Part shown: piece by piece, positions 35,690-50,715 of the stretch | How the letters are laid out: the number at the start of each line of letters is the position of its first letter | Numbering within the stretch: position 1 is the stretch's first letter | From: Hypanus sabinus | Taxonomy: Eukaryota | Direction of reading: 5' to 3' | Assembly (NCBI RefSeq): GCF_030144855.1 | Contig: NC_082731.1 | Location: 27,652,001 to 27,716,000 of the forward strand | DNA: 64,000 nucleotides | The notes under the pieces: generated by a model | Told to the model about the DNA's origin: nothing | Seen by the model: the letters and a program-made list of their open reading frames with translations, nothing else | Databases searched by the model: none | Program-made: the position numbers and the translations under genes

Positions 35690-38600
35690 CAGAAACAGGC
35701 CCATCATCCCACTCAGTCTGTACTAACCACTGAGCCTGTACCAACCATTAACCACACTGAGTCTGAACAAGCCATTAACCACTGTACCTGCACTAACTAT
35801 TATCCATCTGGCATATAATTTCCTTGTTTCTGCCTCTGTGCCTTCTTAAAAAGTGAAGTGACATTTGTAATTTTCAGTCCTCTGGAACCATTTCAGAATC
35901 CAGTGATTGTTCAAAGATTAATATGAATGCCTCCACTGTCCCTTCAGCTACCTCTTTCAGATCCCTGAGGTGTTGTCCATCTGGTCCCTTCAGACTTTTC
36001 AGCATCCCAAGCACCTTCTCCTTAGTAATAGAAATGACACTCACTTCTGCCACCTGACGCTCTTGCATTTCTGGCATTCTGCTGGTGTGTTCCACTGCTG
36101 GTGTGACACAAAATACTTTCTAAGTTTGCCTGTTATTTCTTTGTCACACATTGCTACCTCTCCTGCGTAATTTACACGGGTCTGATATCTGCTCTAGTCT
36201 CTCACTTACTTGATATATATCTGAAAAAACTCTTGGCATCCTCTTTTATGTTATTGTCCAGCTTAGCTTCATATTTCATCTCATTTGTCTTTATATCTCT
36301 TTATAGCTGCCTTCAAATTTGTTCAAGTTTATTACCATTCATCCGGGTGTGAATGCCCATCAATACAGACAAACAAAGTAGCATTTCTCTGGGCCCAAAG
36401 TGTAAAACACAGTACCAACAGTCATAACAGCTCAAGCTACATATAGCACAAACTATATAGGAAGCCTTTTGTTGGTTTTTGCTATATTATATACCCCCTC
36501 TTTTCCTTTGTGCTGTCTTTGACTTCATTTGATAGTTATGGTTGTCTCATCCTCCCCTCAGAGTAGTTCTTCATCTCTGGGATGCAACTTTCCTGTGCCT
36601 TCCACATTTCTCCCAGAAACTCCAGCCATTGCAGTTCTGCCATCAAACCTGTTACTGACCCCTTCCAATCAACTGTGTCCAGGTCTTTTCTAATGTGTCT
36701 GTAATTCCTTTTACTGCAGTGTAATACTGATACATCTGATTTTAGCTTCTCCTTTTCAAACTGCAGGGTGAATCTCATTAGATTATGATCACTTACTCCT
36801 AAGTGCTCCTTTACCTTAAGCTCCCAAATCAAATCTAGTTCATTAACTTACACCCAATCCAGAATTACAAGCTGCTCTAAAAACAATCTCATAGGCATTC
36901 TACAGATTTCTTCTCTTGGGATCAAGCACCAACCTCATTTTCCCAATCTATCGACATATTGAAACCCCATGAGTATTGTAACATTCCTCTTTTACATGCC
37001 TTTCTATCTCCCATGTAATTTGTCACCCTCATCATGGCTACTGCTCAGAGCCCAGTATATAACTCCCATCAGGATCTTTTTACCCTTGCAGTTTCTTAAC
37101 TCTGCCTACAATGATATTACGTCTTCTGATATAATGTCACCTCAATCTAAGGATTTGATATCACTTTTACCAACAGAGCCACCACATCCCCTCTGCCTAC
37201 CTGTCTATCCTTTTGATACTATGTGCATCTTTAATGCTACACTTCCAGCTATGATCTTCTTTCAGCCATGAATCAGTGATGCTCACAACGTCGTACCTGA
37301 CAATCTCTAACTGTGCTAAAAGACCTTATTCCATATACTGTGTGCATTCCAATATAACACCTTCAGTCCTGTATTCATCACTCTTTTTGATTTTGGCCCC
37401 TGTTACACTTTAACTCACCTACATGAGTTCAAGTGCCCTATCACTCTGCCTCCCATCCCCTGCCAAATTAATTTTAACCCCCACTCCCTGAACAGCTCTA
37501 GCAAACCTGCCTGCAAGGATATTGGTCCTTTGGGGTCAGGTGTAACCTGTCCTTTTGTACAGGTCATACAGTCCCCAGAAGAGATCACTATGGTCCAGAA
37601 ATCTGAATCACTGCCCCTGCACCAACTCTTCTGCCACACAATCAACTGCCAAGTCATCTTATTCTTACCCTCACTGGTACATGGCACAAGAAGCAATCTA
37701 GAGATTACTACCCTCGAGATCCAGTTCTGCAGCTTTCCATCTAACTCTATAATAGAGAATAGAATATTCTCTATTCATGACCTCCTCCCTTTTTCTACCT
37801 ATGTCATTGGTACCAATATATACGATGTCTTCCAGCAGTTCACCCTTCCCCTGTCGACCTGATCCAAGCATCCCTGACACTGGGACCTGTGAAGCAACAC
37901 ACTATCTGGGTGTCTCTTTCACATCCATAGAATCTGCTGACCACTCCACTGAGTATGGAATCCCCTATCACTGCTGCACTCCTCTTCCACACCCCCACCT
38001 TCCCCTCTGAGCCATTGGGACAGACTCAGTGCCAGAGAGCAGGTCATTGTGGTTGCCCCTGGTAGGTTATCACCTTCAACTACATCCAAAGGAAATTACT
38101 TGTTATTTAGATGAATGGACGCAGAGGTAGACTGAACTGGCTGCCTATTCCCTTCCCTTCTACTGATGGTCACCTAACTATCTGTCTCCTGCAACTTAGG
38201 GATGACTACGTTCATGTGGTTCTTATCTCTCACTTCCTTATTTTCCCATTTGAACCAAAGGTTATCAAGTTGCAGCTCCAGTTCCTGAGCACAATTTCTC
38301 TAAGGAGCTGCAGCTCAGTGCACTTTGTACCGATGTAGTTCTCAGGGAGACAGGAGGTCTCCCAAAGTTTCCACATCTTACAGAAGGAACACATCACTAA
38401 CTCTGGACCCATTGTCAGAGCACTGGCTGTGTATTAACAGAAAAAAATAAACTTACTATCAACTTACTCAGAACTGTATTTGCCCAAGCCAGTTTTTGAG
38501 GAAGCCTGTTTAGTCAATGTCTGACCACTCTAGCGCTGTTAACTCACACAATGGCAGCTCCACTTTCACCTTGCTTCTTTTTATTCATCCCTGCCGAGTG

Positions 38601-41600
38601 CCTAATAGATTGTTATGATTGCAATCCCAAAAATTCTGAACATTTTTAAATCTTGCACTGTATCAACATCATATGACCTTTCATGCTGATTTCAGCCCAC
38701 CATAAAGTTCCAAAAGCATCTGATCTCTTTTTAAACCTTGTGCTGTATCACCAATGAATGTCCTCTCACACTGACTGCAGCCTGCTGAAAAATAAGCAGT
38801 AAAGTCAAGACCGAAGGTTATCAAAATTGCAGTGGGATCATGTTCAGCTGAATAAATGGACTGAAAAGTGGCAAATTGAGTTCTATTCAGAAAAGTTCAA
38901 TGTGTAATGCTTTGGAAAGTTAAACCAAGGTAGGACTTCCACAGGGAACGATAGGGCCCTGGAGGGTGTTGTGGAACAAACAGGCCTTGGAGTTCAAATA
39001 GAAAGCTAACAATAGGACCTTCAGTGCAGTAATTTTTGGATTGCTGCCTGTGCTACGTGCCTGTGAGGTAAAAATAAGATGAATTGGCAGATGAAAGTAT
39101 GGCTGAGAATCACATACAGAGGGCAGGATTTTGGATATCTGAATAAAAGAAGTTTATAGTTGGGAGCTTAACATCTAAGGATTATTGTACCAAAAGGATA
39201 GGCAGATAGGCAGAGGGGGTGGTATGGAAGATGTAGAATCATTGAGGGTAGAGTTAAAGAACTGCAAGGGTAAAAAGACTCTGAAGGGAGTCATATACAG
39301 GCCTCCAAACAGCAGCCAAGATGTGGGCTACAAATTACAATGGGAGATTAAAAACACAAGTCGAAAGAGTGAATTATATCAGTAATGGAGGATTTCAGTA
39401 TGCAGGTAGTTTGGGAAAATCAGATTTGTTGCTGGTTTTGGATTCCAAGAGAGAGAATTTGTGGAATGCCAGATCAGCTGTTCTGGATTGGCTGCTGTGT
39501 AATGAACTTGATTGGATTGGGGAGCTCAAGGGAAAAGAACCTTTAGGAGCCAGTTATCAAATTATGATAGAATTCACCACACAATTTGAAAGGGAGAAAC
39601 TAAAGTCAGATTTATCAGAACATAGAACAGTACAGCACAGGAACAGACCCTTCAGCCCACAAAGTTGTACCGAACTAAAAAGTAAATAAAAAATCCACTA
39701 AAACTAATCCCTCCTACCTACACAATGTCCATATCCATCTATTTTCCTCATATTCATGTACCTATCCAGAAGTCTCGTAAAAGTCTCTAATGTATTTGCC
39801 TTTACCACCATACCAGGCAGCGCATTCCAGGCATCTTCCACTCTCTGAGTAAAAAACTTACCCCTCATATCCCCTTTGAACCTACCTCCTCTCACCATCA
39901 ATGCATGCCCTCTGGTATTAGACATTTCTACCCTGGGAAAAAGATACCCTGTCGACTCTATCTATGCCTCTCATAATCTTATAAACCACTATGAGAACTC
40001 CCCTCAGCCTTCACTCCTCCAAAGAAAACCACCCATGTTTGTTTGGTCTCTCATGGCAGCACATTCCCTCGAAATCACACAGCAACCTGTTAAACCTCTT
40101 TTGACACTTTCCAAAGCCTTAACATCCTTCCTGTAGTGGGGTGACCAATACTGTATCCAATCCTCCAGATCTGGCCTAACCAGAAAATTGCAACATAATC
40201 CCTTGACTTTTGAACACAATGTCTCAACTAATAAAAGCAAGCATTGCATAAGCCTTCTTAACCACCCTATCCACATGTGTTGCCACTTTCAAGGAGCTAT
40301 GAACTTGGACCCCAAGATTTCTGTGTTCGGCAACACTCTTAAGGGTCTTGTCCTTAACAGTGTACTGTCTCCTTGCATTTGCCCTACCAAGGTGCATCAC
40401 CTCACATTTACCTGGGTTACACTCCATCTGCCATTTCTCAGCCCATATCTGCAACTGATCTATATTGCGATTCTTTGCCACTCTTTTACATTATCCACAA
40501 CTCCACCCATTTTGGTATTATCCACAAACTTACTAACTCACCCACCTGCATTTTCATCCAGGTCATTTATATACATTACAAACAGCAGAAGAACCAGCAC
40601 AGAGCCCTGCGGAACACCACTAGTTACAAACCTCCATCTCAAGTAAGTCTCCTTGATCAGTATCCTCAGTTTTGTCTGTGCAAGCTAGTTGTGAATCGAA
40701 ACACCCAATTCACTGTGGACCCCATGCATCCTAAACTTCTGGATTAGAGTTCCAGTAGAGACTTTGTCAAATGTCTTACTAAAATCCAAGTACAGAACCT
40801 TCATTGGCCTATCATCATTGATCTGTCTTGTCACTTTGTCAAAAAGCTCAATCAAGTTGGTAAGGCACGACCTGCCCTGCATAAAGCAATACTAGCTCTC
40901 CTTAATTAGGCCATGGATTTCCAAATGCTAAGATATCCTATCCCTAAGAATTTTCTCCAGCAACTTCCCTACAACTGATGTGAGACTACCTGTATCATAG
41001 TTACTAGGATTTTCCCTTGTTCCCTTCTTAAATAGAAGTACAACATTAGCTAATTGCCAGTCATCTGGGACCTTGCTTGTGCCTTGAGTTGAGACAAAGA
41101 TACTGGTTAAGGGCCCAGCAATCTTGTCCCTTGCTTCCCTCAATAACCTGGGATAAATCCCATCAGGCCCTGGGGACTTATCCACCTTAATATTCATTCA
41201 GAGATCCAACACTTCCTTCTCCTCAACCTCTAAACACCCTAATGCATCTGTGCACTCAGCTCTGATCTCCTGCTCCTCCATGTCATTTTCCTTGGAAAAT
41301 GAAGCAAAGTACCTCACCTTCTCCACATCCAAGCAAACGTTCCCCTCTTTATCCTTGAGTAGCCCTACCCTCTCCCTAGTTATCTTCTTGTTCTTGATTT
41401 ATGTGTAGAATACCTTGGGATTCAGCTTAACCCTACTTCCCAAGGGGTTTTCATGGCCCCTCCTGGCTTTCCTAATTCATTACTTTGTTTCTTTTCTGAT
41501 TTCCTTGTACTCCTCATGTGTTTTGTTTGATTCTAACTTTCAAAGATTTACATGCTTTTCCCTTTTCTTCTTGATGGAATCCATCACCTCTCTGGACATC

Positions 41601-44600
41601 CAAAGTTCTGTTATCTATCCATCCCCATCTTTCCTTCTAACAGGAACATTCCTTTCCTATACTCTGTGCAATTGATCTTTAAACCCCTTTCACATGCCTG
41701 ATGTGAATTTGCCAGAAAAAGGGTTTCCCAATAACTCTTCTTAGTTCATGCCTAATGCCCCCATAACTTCCCCTAACCTAATTTAAGAATCTCCTGCAAT
41801 GACCATACTTGTCCTTTTCTCTTGCTACCCTGAGTTATGTGTTATGGTCACTGTTCACTAACTGCTCATCCACTGAGAGGTTGATCACTTGGCCAGGCTC
41901 ATTATCCAACACCAGGACCAGTACAGCTCCTCCTCTTGCCTGACCATCTTGTGACTGCACCTTTCCTATTCTTGAGTTCCACCCAAATGGACACAGTGTC
42001 TGAACCCTCCATTATGTTTCCCTGCAGTGCAGCACTGATAGTGTCCCTTAGTGGCATACATTCCCCCCATCCCACTTTTACCTCCCTCCCTATCTTTTCT
42101 AAAACTTTGAAAACCTGGTACGTTAATCATCCATTCCTACCCATCTCTCAGCCAAGTCTCTGTAACGGCCACAACATCATCATTCCATGTACCAATCCAT
42201 GCTCTAAGTTCAATTCCTTTACCTGTAGTACTCCTAGCATGAAAACACAGACACTTCAGATTAGCTGTCCCATCATACCAGGGTTATTTTGACTTTGCCT
42301 CTCAATACTTTCTCTGACATCTACCTTCCCGTCCAATTCTTCAGTTACTGAACTTGGTGCTCGTTTTCCAGATGATGGAAACCCACTTTCAACCAACCCA
42401 AATAGAATTAGCAAACCTCCTAGCCAGGATATTCATTGCCCTCCAGTTCAAGTGGAACCCTTTTCTCTTATCCAGGTCAGGCCTTCTCCAGAAAAGGTCA
42501 CAATCATCCAAGAACATTAACACTGCCCCACATACCATCTCCGCCGCCACTCATGAATCTGTGCTATCATCCATTCCCATCTGCACTAGTCTGTACATTG
42601 GGAGTAATCTGGGGATTAATATCTTGGAGGTCCTTCTCTTCAGCCTCTTTCCTAACTCAAATTACTAACTTTTGCCAATGTCTTTGGTGCCAATATGCAT
42701 CACAACTTCTGGCTATTCACCCTCCCCCTTGAGTATATCCTGCAGCCTATCTGATACATCCTGGACCCTAGCATCCAGAAGGGAACATACCATCCTGGTG
42801 TCGCTTTTGTGGCCATAGAAACTTTTCTCTGTCCCCTTAACTAACAAGTTCCCTAGTACTTCCCAACTGCCTGAATTTACCCTTCCCTGCTGAGCCTCAG
42901 TGCTGGCCACAATGTTACTATCCTGGCTGCTGCTGCTATGCCCTGATGGGTCATCCCCCATAGAGTATCCAAAGAGGTATACTTGTTGCTGAGGGGAATG
43001 GCCACAGGGGAACCTTGGAATTACTGCTTAATCCCCTTACCTCTCCTGGTGGTCACCCATCTACAATGTGAAGTCTGTACACAGGATGTGACCCCCTCAT
43101 CAATAGTCTCATATAAAATGTCCTCTGACTCCTGGATGATCCTGAGTACATCCAACTCCAGCTCCAGTGGAATTACAGTCATGATAGAGGAGACTGCCAA
43201 CATTGAATGGAAGGGGACTCTAACAGAGATGATGGCATAGAAGCAATGGCAGGTATTCCGGAGAAAGGATGACATTCCCATGGCTGACAAGGGAAGTCAA
43301 AGCCAATATGAAAGCAAAAGAAAGGGCATATGATAGAACAACAACTAGAGGGAAGTTAGAGGATTGGGATGCTTTTCAAAAACAAGAGAAGGCAACTAAA
43401 AAAGCTGTAAGGAGTGAAAAAGATGAAATATGAAGGTAAGCTGGTCAATAATATCAAAGACTTTTCAGGTAAAAGTGTAAAAGTGAGACAGAGTAGATAT
43501 CAGATTGCTGGAAAATAACACTGGAGAGGTAGCAATGGGGATCAAGGAAACAGTGGATGAACTAAATAAATATTTTGCATCAGTCTTCACAGTGCAACAT
43601 GCTGGCAGTATTCCAGGGGTTTGCAAGGGACAGGGCATAAGGGAGAAGGTGCTTGGGAAGCTGAAATGTCTGAAGGTAAATAAGTCACCTGGACCATCTG
43701 GACTACACCCTAGATTTCTGAAAGAGGCAGCTGAAGAGTGTGGAGATATTAGCAACAATTTTTTTAAGAATCACGCGATACTGGCATGGTTCTAGAGGAC
43801 TGCAAAGTTGCAAATGTCACTCCTCTCTTCAAGAAGGGAGAGAAGCAGAAGAAATGATATTATAGGTCAGTTAACCTGGTCTGAGTGGCTGGGAAGATGT
43901 TGGAGTCGATTGTTGAGAATGAGGTTTCAGGATCCTTGCAAGCACATGATAAAGTGACCAAGTCAGCATGGTTTCCTTAAGGGGAAGTCTTGCCTGACAA
44001 ACCCATTGGAATTCTTTGAGGAAATAACAAGCAGGATAGACAAAGGAGATCTGGTGGATATTATGTGCTTGAATTTTTAAAAAAGCATTTGACAAGGTGC
44101 CACACATGAGAATGCTTAACAAGTTAAGAGCCCATAGTATTACAGGAAAGTTACTAGCATAGATAGAGCATCGGCTGACTGGCAAGAGGCAAAGAGTTGG
44201 AATAAAGGGAACCTTTTCTGATTGGCTGACAGTGACTAATGGTGTTCTCTAGGGGTCAGTATTGGGACTGCTTCTTTTTACATTGTGTCAATGATTTTGA
44301 TGACAGAATTGATGAGTTTTTTGTCAAGTTTGTGGACAATATGAAGAAAGGTGGAGGGGCAGCTATTGTTGAGGAAGCAGGTAGGCTGCAGAAGGATTTA
44401 GATTAGTGATTGGACAAAGATAAGGCAGATGGAATATACTGTTGGGAGATGTATAGGCATGCAGCTTTGTAGATGGAATAAAAGCGTAGACTATTTTCTA
44501 AATGGGGAAAAAACTCACAAATCCAAAGGGGTTTCAAAGGGACTTGGGAGTTCTTGTGCAGAATTCCCTGGAGCTTAAATTGTAGGTCAGTGATGAGGAA

Positions 44601-45230
44601 AGCAAATGCAATGTTACCATTTATTTTAGTGGACAAGAATAGAAAAACAAGGATGTAACTCCTGGGCTTTATAAGGCATTAGTGTAGCCTCACTTGGAGG
44701 ATTGAGAGCAGTTTTGGGCCCATTATCTAAGTAAGGATGTGTTGACCTTGGGCAAAGGAGTTTCATGAAAATGATTCTGGGATTGAAAGGTGAATTGTAT
44801 TTGATCACTCTGGGCCTGTACTTGCTGGAATTTAGAAGAATGGGGGGGGGGATCTCATTGAAACCTATCAAATGTTGAAAAGCCTAGATAAGAATGCATG
44901 GGCAGAGGATGGTCCCCATGTAGGGGAAGTCGAGGACCAAAGAGCACAACTTCAGAATAGAGAACTTTCCATTTAAATCAGAGAAGAGGAACAATTTCTT
45001 TAGCCTAATGGTGGTGAATCTTTCTTTTTCACATGCAATTCTGGAGGCCAGGTCACTGAGTGTATTTAAAATGAAGGTTGATATATTTTTGATAAGTCAG
45101 GGCGTGAAAGATTATGGGGAGAAGGTAAGAGAATGGTGTTGAGAGGGAAATAGATTGACCATGATCAAATGGCGGATCAGACCCAATCGGCTGAATGGCC
45201 TAATTCTGCTCCAATATCTTATGGTCTATA
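35690..45230. mobile_element. Nested array of CR1 LINE fragments in both orientations
   Basis: Repeated CR1 ORF1/ORF2 motifs (VDKSPGPDGIYPRLL, QGRSCLTNLIELFDKV, GASDHNL, WRVTTRRGKG, FNPGKCEVMHLGR). Confidence 0.88.
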
Positions 45231-46399
45231 TGGTCACTGAAAGTGGAGTCAAATGTAGACAGGGTGGTGAAGAAAACTGTTGGCATTGTGTGTAAAAATT
45301 GGGAGCACATGGTGGGATTGTACAATGTGCTGGTGAGATTGCATATGGGGTGTAGTGTTCAGTTTTTATTCATCCTGCTGGTGAAAATATGTTATCAATC
45401 TGGAAAGAGTGCAGAGAAGATTCACAAGGAGGTTACCATCACTGAGTTAAAGAGAGAGGTTGTCAAGACTAGTACTTTCATTGGAGTGAATATACAAATT
45501 GCAGAACATATAATTTATTCACAGTCACTGTGGGGAGTCAAAATAAGAGTGAGATGGGATGTTCTTCTGATACTCTACTTGTTTATTACATCTCTAGCAA
45601 TCTCCAGCTTAGATCTGGTGAAAAACTGGCTTGCAGGAGATTGAGTTGAGATTTTGTAGAGATGCATAAAATCAAGAGGGTAATGGATAGAAATGGTTTC
45701 CACAAAATGCTGTCAATGTAATATGCTTGGATGGGCATCTTGGTCAGCATGGACGAGTTGCTCCTCAACTCTCTGACTCTCCAATGCATGTGCAATTTAC
45801 CATGGGCAATTAACCTACCAACAATCCTGCACTTAGGTTGTGAAAGAAAGACATATTTCAATCTGGGTTCAACAGACAGAAGGAAATTACCTAAATAAAG
45901 AAAACCTGCTCATGTTGAAATCAGAAGGAAAAGCTCTTGGAGGCACTGCACAGACAATATACATTGTACATCAGTGGTGGAGGGAAAGAAAGGGAGTGTC
46001 GGTGAGTAGACCATATATAGCAAATGTGTATGTCACCATCATCAAAACAACTGTAAAATAGCAAAAACAGAGCCCAATGAACAAGTGCTCAATTCAAGCT
46101 CTATTGAAGACACCGTATAAATGCAAATTACAGCAAGGCAATGATGTATTGACAAAAAAAGCCAGCGAAGGAAAGCAGGAATTGTACAAAGTGTCCCATC
46201 AGTGAGCTACTGATGAATGAAAACCCTCTCCTTTCCCTGTCTGGCACTTACAATGTGACAAATTCATCCGAAGAGCTCCTGTAGTTTCAGGATCTTCTGG
46301 CACAATGGAATCCCCCTGTGCACTGTTTCACCCACTCCGTCCAGCATTGCCTGACTGTTACACTGACACTCGGAGACTTACATCAGCCAATTAAACAAA

Positions 46400-47110
46400 A
46401 GGATCAATATCTGGAGGTAAACACGAGGAAATCTGCAGATGCCAGAAATTCAAGCAATGCACACAAAATGCTGGTGAAACACAGCAGGCCAGACAGCATC
46501 TTTAGGGAGAAGCACTGTTGACGTTTCAGGCCGAGATCCTTTGTCAGGACTAACTGAAAGGAAAGATAGTAAGAGATTTGAAAGTAGGAGGGGGAGGGGA
46601 AAATGTGAAATGGTAGGAGACCAGAAGGGGAGGGCTGAAGCCAAGAGCTGGAAAGGTGATTGGCAAAAAGGGATACAGAGCTGAGGAAGGGATAGGATCA
46701 TAGGACAGGAGGCCTAGGGAGAAAGAAAGGGGGAGGGGTGCACCAGAGGGAGACAGAGAACAGGCAGAGTGATGGGCAGAAGGAGAAAAAAAAACTAAAT
46801 ATATCAGGGATGGGGTAAGAAGGGGAGAAGGGGCATTAAAAGAAGTTAGAGAAGTCAATGTTCATGCCATCAGGTTGACGGCTACCCAGCCAGTATATAA
46901 GGTGTTGTTCCTCCAAGCAGAGTGTGTCTTCTTCTTGACAGTAGAGGAGGCCACGGATAGACATATCAGAATGGGAATGGGACGTGGAATTAAAATGTGT
47001 GGCCACTGGGAGATCCTGCTTTCTCTGGTGGACAGAGCGTAGGTGTTCAGCGAAATGATCTCCCAGTCTGCGTCGGATCACACCAATATATAAAAGGCCA
47101 CACCGGGAGT
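46400..47110 (-). mobile_element. Penelope 3' fragment with degenerate hammerhead (46515-46551)
   Basis: RRRLGDHFAEHLRSVHQRKQDLPVATHFNS...GMNIDFSNF; minus strand agtc-CTGACAA-aggatctcggcct-GAAA-CGTC. Confidence 0.85.
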
Positions 47111-48294
47111 ACCGGATATGTGTTTAATGGAACAACTTTTCAGAGCCGGGAGAAACAGAAACATGGAATGTTTATGGGAGAAGACACCGGTGCTGACAGC
47201 ATAAATGGTTGAAATTATGGCTGCGGTAGAAGGTGCAGGAGATGCAGGCATAGGCACTGGATTAGAGTTGAGCAGAACAGTTGTAGTAAAAAGAGAAATT
47301 TTACTTTTGCAGCATCTTACTCAGTATCAGGGCACCAACAGGACTTCACAGTCAAACAGTTTTCTTTCTGAAGTCTCTTGCAGGATCAGAGCAAGAAGGA
47401 ATGACACTTTTCCCTCCCTTAATGCTAGAATGGACCTGATATAAAGATTATAACAATTCATTGGTTTCACATCATCATTTTCCAAAATTTATGGCATTTC
47501 AATTCCAGGTTACTTTAATGTACCAAAACAAATTGTCCTCAAGTATGGGGGGTTTTGAAGCTGTTTCTCTAGATCACTTACCCACACTCTCTATTACTGT
47601 TGCCAAGTCAAAACTACAGAACATCAAAAAATTTTATTTACAGCAAATTCAAACTAACTGGAAAAACATCCAACAGTGAACTGTTATTAGCAGTCTAACA
47701 AACACAGAGACACTGTGTTCAAAGCCACTCACTGGTGAGGGGTTAGCATATACACATTGAAGGATCAGTCCAGGTACACTGTGGAAGTCTGCAGTACCCT
47801 AGCAAGTTGCACAAAATCACCTGATGGGGAGTGTCCTGAGAAGGAAGTACAAGAACTCCAAAGCTGTCACAGAATGGAGGCGCATAACCTGTTTGCAATC
47901 CTACCTAATCAATAAGCAACACACAGCAAACACTGGAGGAACTGAGCAGGTCAGGTCCATTGATGCTGCCAGGTACTCATTACTCTTGGTGTAAAGTTAA
48001 CTCTCAGATCTCTTTTTAATCTCTGCCCTCTTATCTTCTATTAGTATCCTTCCGTGTTGGACTTCCAACCTTGAGGAAAATCCTATGACCATCCAGCATG
48101 CCATACCCCTCACGATTTTACAAACTTCTGTGGTCACCCCACATTCCCCTCTGCTCCAGATAATAAAGAACCAGTATGGTTTACCTCACCCTATAGCTCA
48201 GGCCCTCTAGTCCAGGCAGCATTCTTGTACATCTGTTTTGTACTATTTCCAGCTTGACAATGCCTTTCCTATATCAGAGTGACCAAAACCGTTC

Positions 48295-49828
48295 ACAATA
48301 CTCCAATTGTGACCTCACCAACAAATAACATAACTTCCACATAATCTCCACACTCCTGGACAGCATGCTAAACGCCTTCTTCACCACCGTCATCTCCTCA
48401 CAATCTCCATCAGCACAGTTGCAGCAAAAGGCTGTGTGCTTAGCCCTCTGCTCTAATCGCTTTATTTTAAGCACAACTTCAATGCCATACTTAAGTTTGC
48501 TGATGACTCCACTGTCGTAGATTGAATCAAGAGTGGTGATAAATCAGCATTTAGGGGACAGACTGAAAATCTAGCTGAGAGGTGCAACAAAAACAACTCA
48601 TCACTCCATGTCAACAAGATCAAGGAGAGGATTTGACTTCTGGAGGAGGAAATCAGAAGTCCAAGAGTCCTCATTAGGGGATCATCGGTGGAGAGGTTCA
48701 GCAACTTCAAGTTCCTCAGTGTCAGTGTCATTATGAAGAAAGCATGACAGCATCTCTACTTTCTGACCAGTTTGCAAAGATTTGCCATTTCATTGAAAAT
48801 GTTGACAAATTTTTATAGTTGTGTGGTATAGTGATTGGTTGCATTATGGCCTGGAATGGAAACACCAATCCCCTTGAATGGAAAAACACCGTACATTATG
48901 GATAAAGACCTCCCTACCCTTGAGCACATATACAAGGACTGCTGTCGCAGGAAAGCAGCCTCCATCACTGATGACCCACACCATCCAGCCAATGCTCTCT
49001 TCTCAGAAAAGACATGCAGGAATCTCCAGATCCACACCACCAGATTTCGGAATAGTTATTAACACTCAACCATCAGACTTTAATCAGAGGGGATATCTTC
49101 ACTTAACTTCGCTTGCCCCATCACTGAACTGTTCCCCAAACTTTGGACTGACTTTCCAAGACTCTTATGTCCTCAACATATTTATTGCTTATTTATTACT
49201 ATATGTTTTTTTTTCCTTTCCGTATTTGCACATTTGGTGTCTTTTGCAAATTGGTTGTTCTTCTGTCCTGTTGGATGTAGACTTTCATGGATTCTGCTTT
49301 GATTCTTGTAATTACAGTGATTACCTGCAATAAAATGAATCTCTGGGTGTTAATTGCGACATGTCTGTATTTTGATAATAAATTTACTTTGAACTACTGT
49401 GGCTGATTTTAGTGAACTGTGTACTTGGACTTTTAGGTCCCTCTATTCCGCAACACTCAGTATCCTTTATAAGTTCTTCCCTGACTATCAAAAAATGCAT
49501 CACCTCACTTTGATCTAATTTGCAATTCCATAGCAGTTCTCTCTAACAGATCAAGATCATTTTGCAAATCAAAGTATTCTGCTTCACTATTAACAAGACT
49601 CTCTCATTTAGTATCATCAACAAACTTAAATTGTGCCTGGTATATTCACATTCCAAATAATATACACAAATCATTAATACAGAGTTCACAACACTGACTA
49701 GTCATTGTCCTCCAGTCAGAGAATCGATCTTCAACCACCACCCTCTGCTTCCTCTCACCATTAAATACACAGGTGATCATGAGTCTTTCAAAAGACAATC
49801 TCCCCATAGTCAACCTTTTACTGTTAAG
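48295..49828 (+). repeat. Segmental duplication copy B (paralog of 19071-20648)
   Basis: Collinear with copy A, including repeat-junction sequences; both end at ...tttactgttaa. Confidence 0.85.
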
Positions 49829-49849
49829 GTAGCTGCAGAACCTGTATAT

Positions 49850-50706
49850 TGTTATGTACCCCTAGGGTTCACATTTTCTGTAGACAACCACTTTAAAATG
49901 TTGGGAGAATGAGACTGGCTTTTGGACACTGTGCTTCTAATGAGAGGGAGGGGGAGGGAGAAAGAGACACACAAATAATTTAGTATTATGGCTTCTTCAC
50001 TGATTATTTACCTTTGCTACAAGGACACACTTCATTGCTCATGAACGTTCTTGCTGAGACAGCAAGGAGTGGCCCAGTTTGACGGACATGGACTTGGTCA
50101 GTTGATGGATGGCTGGTACCCCGCCAGGGGAGATAAAAAGGGAGTCTGTTGAGACACCAGCAGATACGTCACTGGACACTGAAAGAGCATTGTGCACCCA
50201 CAGGAAGGTGGGGGCTTGGAGGATCGATTCAGGGGAATTGATCAGAGGCTCACAGAGGCAGGCTGGTGGGGGCTTGTGTGCGTGTCCACCCCCGCCTGGG
50301 TGACAAGCTCATCACTGAAGAACGGTCTGGCCTGCAACAGAGGGGTCACAGTCGGTGACCGCCATAGTACAACAGAACAAGACAACGGAAGGTTTGCCTG
50401 CTGCAACTGCCAAACTCTATCTCTCTCCAACGGTACAACAGCAATAACCTTGACCTGAACTGAACTCTGCATTATCTGAAGACTTTTCATTTACCCCTAG
50501 ATATTGATAGAGCTTGGTTTTGATTTCTAGTTCCACACTTCTGTATATATCATTGCTAACCTGTTTTATGACTATTTGCATTTTATAGTACTGTATTACT
50601 TAGTTTACTAATAAACACCTTTAGCTACAGTACCACCAGACTCCAAAGTATCATTCCATTTCATTCCATCATTCCATTTGGTAACCTAGTCGCGGGGTAC
50701 GTAACA
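49850..50706 (+). mobile_element. Solo LTR (probably Gypsy type)
   Basis: Inverted termini TGTTATGTACCCC...GGGGTACGTAACA; TATA-like gataaaagg; aataaa near the 3' end; imperfect 4-bp TSD (atat/gtat). Confidence 0.8.
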
Positions 50707-50715
50707 GTATGGAAC

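Noticed and set aside
45519-45531. cacagtcactgtg heptamer-like palindrome
   Set aside because: Wrong order for a signal joint or D segment, and no nonamers.
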